From positions 67,790 through 131,789 of the forward strand of contig CAXHJY010000021.1 in assembly GCA_964016885.1 (NCBI GenBank): a stretch of DNA of 64,000 nucleotides, written 5' to 3'. Positions 55,888 to 64,000 of this stretch are shown piece after piece. Each line of letters starts with the position of its first letter. Position 1 is the stretch's first letter. The stretch comes from Eledone cirrhosa. Lineage: Eukaryota. Position numbers and translations under genes: made by a program. The notes beneath the pieces were generated by a model that did no database searches, had not been told where the DNA came from, and saw only the letters and a list, made by a program, of their open reading frames with translations.

Positions 55888-57602
55888 CATCATCATCATC
55901 ATCATCAACGTTTAACGTCCGTGTTCCATGCTTGCATGGGTTTGGACGGGGGTAGTCCCACTTGAGGCAAGAGTGATTGTCTTGCTCGCATAGGACTGTC
56001 TGGCAGGTTTTCTACAGTTGGATGCCCTTCCTAACACCAACCACATTTACAGTGTGGGTCTGGGAGGTTTTTACCGTGTTGCCTACACGGCCACATTACA
56101 GCGTGGACTGTGTGTTTTTTTGTCGTGACACCTACACGATCTCATTTGTTTCGGCCTGGATGGCGCGGCACCAACATAACTTTACATAGAACGGGGTGGT
56201 GTGGATGGGGTGGGCGTGGTGGCGGGACGGGGTGTATTTTGTTAGAGATGCCTACTGGCAAGGCGGGTCTTCTCTGTTACTGAGTACCGCCAAAGGTCTC
56301 GGTCCAGTGACATTGTCTTGGAGAGGTGTAAGTGTGTGAGGTCGGAGTTTATCAGCTCATCCCATGTTTTTCTAGGTCTGCCTATTCCGTGGCTACCGTC
56401 TATCTTTATTGCCCTGCACTTTGTTATACAGCTATCGACTTTCATGCGCATCACGTGTCCATACCAACGCAGCCTTCTCTCGAGTAAACAACATCTGATC
56501 CCTCTTATCTCTAATTTTTTCCTTAGTTCGTTTATGCTTTGCCGTTCACGTATATTACTGTTACACATCCAGCGGAGCATGCAAGCTTCGTTCCTCTCTA
56601 GTCTGCGTATATCCTCTGCACACAATGCCCAGGTCTCACTACCATGCAACATTGCTGTTCGCATGCAGGCATCGTACAACCTGCCTTTCATTTTTAGGAA
56701 GAACCCTTTAGCAGCTAATAGTGGTATAAGCTCTCTGAACTTTTTCCAACCAGTTCTGACTCTAGCTACAGTACTTTCAGAGCACCCTCCCCCACTGCTG
56801 ATTTTATCGCCCAGGTAACGGAAGTTGTCCACTATTTCTAAAGAACCCTCTGCGCAATTGAAAGAGCTAGTATTTTGTGGGCACTTGCTGCTACTTATTG
56901 CACCAGAACACCGGCCACATGTAAAATCTATGTTCTTAGTTAGCTTACCTGTGATCCCACTACATCTTTTATGCACCCATACTTTGCATTTAGGACATAA
57001 AATGGAGTTTCTACCTACGCCTTTCCTACACACCGAGCACGACCATTTCCCAGAAGGGACCGCCGCCTTGTTTTCTTTCCTACAAACTAGAACTTTGGTC
57101 TTAGCCAGGTTAATTTTAAGTCCTTTTGACTCTAGGCCGTGCTTCCATGTTTGGAATTTCTTCTCTAGCTCGGCCATTGATTCCGCTATGAGTGTCAGGT
57201 CGTCTGCGTATAGGAGTTCCCATGGGCAGCCTGTCTTGAACTCCTCTGTTATAGCCTGAAGGGCAATAATAAATAGTAGGGGGCTGAGAACAGAGCCCTG
57301 ATGGACGCCAATTTTTACGCTAAACTCTTCACTATATTCGTTGTTAATTCTAACCTTGCTGACTGTTTCTTTATACATGGCTTGTATAGCCCTCACAAGC
57401 CATTCGTCAACGCCTAGTTTTCTAAGAGCCCACCAGATAATGGAGCGGGGGACTCTGTCGAAGGCTTTCTCCAGGTCGACAAAAGCTAAGTAGAGGGGTT
57501 TACCTTTAGCTAGGTACTTCTCCTGTAGTTGTCGTACTATGAAAAGGGCGTCTGTGGTGCTTTTGCCTGACACAAACCCGAACTGCATTTCATCTAGGTC
57601 AA
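55888..57602 (-). mobile_element. RTE family A1, 5'-truncated, open RT/PHD frame
   Basis: ORF 56242-57588 is nearly identical to the C-terminal part of 21254-24508. Confidence 0.92.
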
Positions 57603-57607
57603 TATAT

Positions 57608-57652
<45 letters not shown>

Positions 57653-57675
57653 TATATATATATGTATAAATATAT

Positions 57676-57784
<109 letters not shown>

Positions 57785-57787
57785 AAT

Positions 57788-57838
<51 letters not shown>

Positions 57839-57906
57839 AATATATGTATATAAATAAATAAATATATATATATATATAAATATATATAAATTTATAAATA
57901 TATATA

Positions 57907-58928
57907 AAAGTAAGCCACTCTACTTGGCATTTGTCGACCTTGAGAAAGCCTTTGACAGAGTTCCACGTGCTGTAATCTGGTGGGCTCTTAGAAAACTAGG
58001 AGTAGATGAATGGCTTGTGAAAGCGGTACAAGCCAGGTATAGGGGAGCAGTCAGCTAAGTTAGGATTAGCAATGAGTATAGCGAGGAATTTAGCATACAG
58101 GTTGGGGTCCACCAGGGCTCTGTTCTTAGCCCTCTCCTGTTCATCATAATCCTGCAGGCAATAACGGAGGAGTTTAAGACCGGATGCCCATGGGAACTCC
58201 TGTATGCTGATGACCTCACACTCATAGCTGAATCTATGGTAGAACTAGAGAATAAATTCCAAACCTGGAAGCAGGGACTAGAAAGAAAGGGTCTCAAAGT
58301 CAACATGACAAAGACTAAGGTCCTTGTAAGTAGACGAGAAAACAGAACCCAGATCCCCTCAGGGAAATAGCCTTGCTCAGTATGTAGGAAAGGTGTAGAT
58401 AGGAACTCCATTCTCTGCCCCAAATGCAAACAATGGGTACACAAGAGATGTAGCAGGATCTCAGGAAGCTTAATTAAGAATGTAGGATTAACATGCAGCA
58501 GCTGTTCTGAGACAGCAAACAGCAAACAGCCACAGGAAACAAGTACCACCAATCTCTGGGAGGGCCCTGTAGAAACAGTAGACAGCTTCCGCTACCTAGG
58601 TGACCGAATTAGCAACGGAGGTGGGTGTCCAGAAAGTGCAATAACTAGGGTAAGAACGGGATGGAAGAAGTTTAGGGAACTACTACCACTGCTAGCTGCA
58701 AAAGGCTTCTCCCTCAGCATGAAAGGCAGACTGTATGATGCGTGTATCCTAACAGCGATGTTGCATGGTAGCGAGACCTGGGCGTTGAAGGTGGAAGACT
58801 TATGTAGATTAGAGAGAAACGAAGCCTGCATGCTCCGATGGATGTGTAACAATAATATACGTGAACGACAAAACATAAATGAATTGAGAGAGAGACTGAG
58901 CATAAGAGGAATCAAATGCTGTGTGCAG
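57907..58928 (+). mobile_element. RTE family B internal fragment, truncated at both ends, with stops
   Basis: Runs from [15 protein letters not shown] through RGIKCCVQ. No 3' UTR. Confidence 0.88.
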
Positions 58929-59580
58929 TCAATTTTTTAAAATTTATTTTGAAACTTTTTCATTATTTGCTAAACCTGATTATATATTTTCTGGCTTGTT
59001 AATTTATTAACCTGCCATTGAACCACATTGGCATATGGTTGGACAATACATGTGTCCCTTAGCGCTTTGTGCGTGTAGGAACACATATCCTATTATTACT
59101 ATTCTCCTCTATGTTGAGAAAAAATTTGGTCGTTCCGACTGCTGCTAGTGATAGTGGTGGCCGTTTGACCTACCTCCCTCTGCCTCTATCTTTACTTCGG
59201 CCCTTGAAAAAATTGATTCCACTTCATTTACTCTCATCTCGGGAACAGTTTTGGATAGCGCTAGTTCGTAATTTAAATTCAAGAATTTTATATTCTTCGA
59301 ATGAAAAGAACCTTCTGACGAGAATCTTTCTTTGCAACTAAGGCCGTATGGTCTCCGTTTATTTTTGAGATTCGAAAGCGATTCGGTAAAGGTAACTATA
59401 GTAAGTAAAGTCAATATTTTAAAATTTATTTTGTAACTTTTTCATTATTTGCTAAACCTGATTATATATGTTCTGGCTCGTTAATTTATTAACCTGCCAT
59501 TGAACCACATTGGCATATGGTTGGACAATACATGTGTCCCTTAGCGCTTTGTGCGTGTAGGAACACATATCCTATTATTA
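58929..59580 (+). mobile_element. Hammerhead-containing repeat with an approximately 482-bp period (about 1.35 units); retrozyme-like or tandem pLTR
   Basis: 58929-59100 is repeated at 59411-59580, with a hammerhead between the repeats. Confidence 0.65.
59310..59393 (+). ncRNA. Type I hammerhead ribozyme (one stem III mismatch)
   Basis: acctt CTGACGA gaatct...agattc GAAA gcgattcgg TA aaggt. Confidence 0.7.
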
Positions 59581-59745
59581 TATAAATATATATATATATA
59601 TAAATATATATAAATATATATAAATATCTATATATATAAATATATATATATATAAATATATAAATATATATAAATATATAAATATATATAAATATATAAA
59701 TATATATAAATATATAAATATATATAAATATATAAATATATATAA

Positions 59746-59820
<75 letters not shown>

Positions 59821-59827
59821 AATATCT

Positions 59828-59860
<33 letters not shown>

Positions 59861-60045
59861 AATATCTATATATAAATATCTATATATATATATATAAATA
59901 TCTATATATAAATATCTATATATATATATAAATATCTATATATAAATATCTATATATATATATAAATATCTATATATATAAATATATATATATATATATA
60001 AATATCTATATATAAATATCTATATATATATCTATATATATAAAT

Positions 60046-60080
<35 letters not shown>

Positions 60081-60166
60081 AATATTTATATATATATAAA
60101 TATCTATATATATATAAATATATATACAATATTAAATAAATGAAACTATATTTATAAAACCATATT

Positions 60167-60232
60167 TATTTCATTATATATATTTCAGGGATATCATATT
60201 AACAATATGCTATGCCTTCCTCAGACAAAATA
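60167..60232 (-). ncRNA. Type I minimal hammerhead (family A)
   Basis: tattttgt CTGAGGA ... GAAA tatata TA atgaaata. Confidence 0.78.
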
Positions 60233-60349
60233 CAATATAAACAGTTTTATAGATAAATAGATTTGACATACCGTAACAACATCGACTTGTATTTGAAAAA
60301 GTTGAATTGGCAGTGAAAAAATTGTACACAGAGAGAAAGAAAGAGAGAA

Positions 60350-61133
60350 ATGATAGACAAACTAAACAAAATAACAACTATTTTAATTACGGCAACAACC
60401 TTAACAACTATAATAGAAAGCATTACAATAATTCTAAAGGCCAAAAAAGAAATAGAACTAGGAACATAATTTGGTTTGCCCCCCCCCCCTTTCTCACTAA
60501 ACATTAAAACCCACATCGCTAAACTATTTTTTAAAGCTCTTGATAATCGCTTCCCTAGAACACATAGGTATCACTCAATTTTCAATAGACATACAATAAA
60601 ATTAACCTACTCATCCACCAAAAATTTAGCACAAAATATTAATAGAATAAATAATAGGAACTTAAAACCTAGTGATAATAGCATAAATAATATACAAGTT
60701 AACAAATGTAACTGTAGAGATAGATCTAAATGTCCGTTAAATAACAACTGCTTAGTTAAAAACATAGTATACAATTGTAATGTTAATACTGACTAATTCT
60801 TTTAACTATGTCGGTTCCACATCGACGGAATTTAAACTTCGCTATAATAACCACAAGAATTCTTTCACAGATCCAAGCAAAAAATCTTCAACGGCACTAT
60901 CAGGCGTACTCTGGCAACTTAAGCTAGATAACGTTAGATATTCGACGGCTTGGAATATAGTCTCAAGAGGGATTCCTTTTAATTCATCCTCTGAGACATG
61001 TGACCTCTGCGCAGAGGAGATATTCTTTATACTAAAATCTAAAAATTCCCTTAATCTACGGACAAATTTATTCAGTTGCTGCAAACATAGATTAAACTCA
61101 ACGTTTAAATATAAATTTAAATTTAAAATGTAG
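60350..61133 (+). pseudogene. PLE linker plus GIY-YIG endonuclease fragment, frameshifted
   Basis: IIWFAPP, CNCRDRSKC, NIVY, NYVGST, CDLC, CCKH. Confidence 0.85.
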
Positions 61134-62483
61134 TATATTTAGTTTGATTTATAATTATATGGGAAACTAGCTGATAAATCTTTGATTTATTTTTATTTTT
61201 ATTTTTATTTTTATTTTTATTTTTATTTTTATTTAAACATTCTTCATGAAAAATTAAGCTACCCTAAAAGTTGATGCTCCAAATATTTCGAATAAACGTT
61301 ACACTAGATAAACTTCTATATTAAATATAAGAACACATGTAGACCAAATGGGCATCCTAAACTTTTTGAAATGATCTTTGCTAGATGCGATTTGATAGAT
61401 AATTTTTGGCTTTATCTGTTTTTCGACTCTGATGCTTATAATGAACTTGGCAATATATTGTCAATTAATTTTGAAGGGTTGATCTTTGTGGTTTATTTTT
61501 ATCTTTATTTTTATTTTTATTTTTATTATTGTAGTATTTTCTAATATTTTTATTTTTAATATTTTTAATATGTAATATTCTTTCGTAATATTTTTTAGTT
61601 TTCTATTTTATTATTACTTATTATTATTATTGTTATTTTTTAGTTTTGTTTCTGATATATATTTTTATTAGTATATTGAAATCTGCTCTCTATTTCTGCT
61701 TGATAGATAATCTTGTAGAGTAAAGACAGGAATAGTAGTAATATTGACTCTATATATATTTGTGTGTATATATATACACATATATGTATACTTAAATTTT
61801 TATACCACAATGAGAATGTTTTCCGTGAACTTAGGGTTTGCAGAGTTGATCATGTAAATTCACATAGATGTTTGTAGTTATCACATAAACATATGAATTT
61901 TAAAAAAAAACTAAACATAAGATCATTACTTTTCACACATTATGGATACATGTCTCATTCAGGAATACTGATATTTACAATATGGTGGCTGGTTTTTATA
62001 CATACTAATACCTCTACATTAAAACATAGGGTTTTTACGCCTCGCCTATGTCTGGTTATTTTTAAATTTTTCTCTCTATATAACAGCTGGTTTCTCTCCA
62101 TATATCTCCCTTACATTAATACTAGAGCTAAATATATAAATAAATAAATAAATAAATGTATCATTGATACGTTTACTCAACGGACGTCCCACTACCTAGT
62201 TTTCTATATATGTGTATCTATCTCTATTTCCTCTCTCTCTCTATATATATATCTCTCTCTGTTTCTTTACATGAAGTTCTTCTCTTTATCTATCTTTCCA
62301 TCTCTCTATTTTGTTACATGCATTTCTTCTTTTTCTTCTTTTTCTTCGTTTTCTTTCTTTCCTTCTTTCTCTCTTTCTTTCTTTTTGTTTACAATTTTTT
62401 CACTGCCAAATCAACTTTTTCAAATACAAGTCGATGTTGTTACGGTATGTCAAATCTATTTATCTATAAAACTGTTTATATTG

Positions 62484-62549
62484 TATTTTGTCTGAGGAAG
62501 GCATAGCATATTGTTAATATGATATCCCTGAAATATATATAATGAAATA
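62484..62549 (+). ncRNA. Type I minimal hammerhead (family A)
   Basis: tattttgt CTGAGGA aggcatagcatatt...gatatccct GAAA tatata TA atgaaata. Confidence 0.78.
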
Positions 62550-62887
62550 AATATGGTTTTATAAATATAGTTTCCATTTATTTAATATTGTAAATATACT
62601 CCAAATACCTGTCGAGTGCTTTTATATCAGTTATAAATATTTACTAGTTGTAACCCAACAATTTAAATATAACTTTCCATGTATAAATATCTATATATAT
62701 ATATAAATATCTATATAAATATAAATATCTATATATATATAAATATCTATATATATATATAAATATCTATATATATAAATATCTATATATATAAATATCT
62801 ATATATATAAATATCTAAATATAAATATCTAAATATAAATATCTATATATAAATATCTATATATAAATATCTATATATATAAATATA

Positions 62888-62990
62888 GGAACCAGTAAGA
62901 CTTATTCCTATTACCCACTCTACTACCTCAAGTATTGAGTACTTTGGTGCGTTATGGTCCACCTGGTTCCTTACCACATTTCCTTTGTTA
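62888..62990 (+). other. Approximately 100-bp island in (TA)n, probable extreme 3' tail of a PLE
   Basis: Shares gtattgagtac with the 39220-39280 tail. Begins with aggaaccag, the inverse of internal ctggttcct. Confidence 0.4.
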
Positions 62991-63729
62991 TATATAAATA
63001 TATATATAAATATATATCTATATATATATAAATATATATATAAATATATATATATATAAATAAATATATATATATATAAATATATATATATATAAATATA
63101 TATATAAATATATATCTATATATATATAAATATATATATAAATATATATATATATAAATAAATATATATATATATAAATATATATATATATAAATATATA
63201 TATAAATATATATATAAATATATATATAAATATATATATATATAAATATATATATATATAAATATATATATAAATATATATATAAATATATATATAAATA
63301 TATATATATATAAATAAATATATATATATATAAATATATAAATATATAAATATATATATATATAAATAAATATATATATATATAAATATATATATATATA
63401 AATAAATATATATATAAATAAATATATATATATAAATAAATATATATATATATAAATATATATATACATAAATATATATATATATAAATATATATATATA
63501 CATAAATATATATATATATATATATAAATAAATATATATATAAATATATATATAAATATAAATAAATATATATATATAAATAAATATATATATATAAATA
63601 AATATATATATATATAAATATATATATATATAAATATATATATAAATAAATATATATATAAATATATATATAAATATATATATAAATAAATATGTATATA
63701 TATATATAAATAAATAAATATATATATAA

Positions 63730-63770
<41 letters not shown>

Positions 63771-63789
63771 TATATATATATATATATAA

Positions 63790-63824
<35 letters not shown>

Positions 63825-64000
63825 CATATATATATAACTATATATATATATAAATACATATATATATAAATATATATATACATATATATATAAATATATA
63901 TATAAATATATATATATATACATATATATATATCTATATATATATATAAATACATATATATATAAATATATATATACATATATATATAAATATATATATA
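62991..64000. repeat. Interrupted (TA)n microsatellite
   Basis: Direct reading. Confidence 0.97.

Larger units (their letters stand above)
60125..62682 (+). mobile_element. PLE family A, 5'-truncated, with an inverted pLTR arm at 60125-60350
   Basis: ORF pieces 60307-61133 are homologous to 1447-2240. The 3' pLTR at about 62350-62682 carries a hammerhead and the full tail. Confidence 0.9.

Overview
This is a eukaryotic, AT-rich window with no host gene that I can support. A cephalopod/mollusc origin is an inference from the SINE and RTE sequence style. The window is a mosaic of long interrupted (TA)n tracts into which about 30 retroelement pieces have inserted. (1) Penelope-like elements (PLEs) with RT plus C-terminal GIY-YIG and a CxCx5C linker, together with many pLTR-derived fold-back pieces from at least 5 sequence families. 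(2) Fourteen complete and three partial type I hammerhead ribozyme motifs, mostly with a palindromic minimal stem III. (3) Four RTE-clade LINE families. Three carry a C4HC3 PHD finger inserted inside the RT domain; one copy has an uninterrupted 1084-aa ORF and a 639-bp tandem monomer array at its 5' end; the fourth family shows a twin-priming inversion. (4) One CR1-group LINE. (5) Two tRNA-derived SINEs whose tail matches an RTE in the window. (6) A 482-bp-period hammerhead-containing repeat resembling a retrozyme. The most interesting signals are the stereotyped asymmetric fold-back architecture of the hammerhead PLEs, a GAGTRCT-like motif shared by unrelated PLE tails, and co-oriented RTE-to-hammerhead-element chimeras. 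Family labels (PLE-A to E, RTE-A to D) are my own, and coordinates were read by eye, so expect errors of a few bases.
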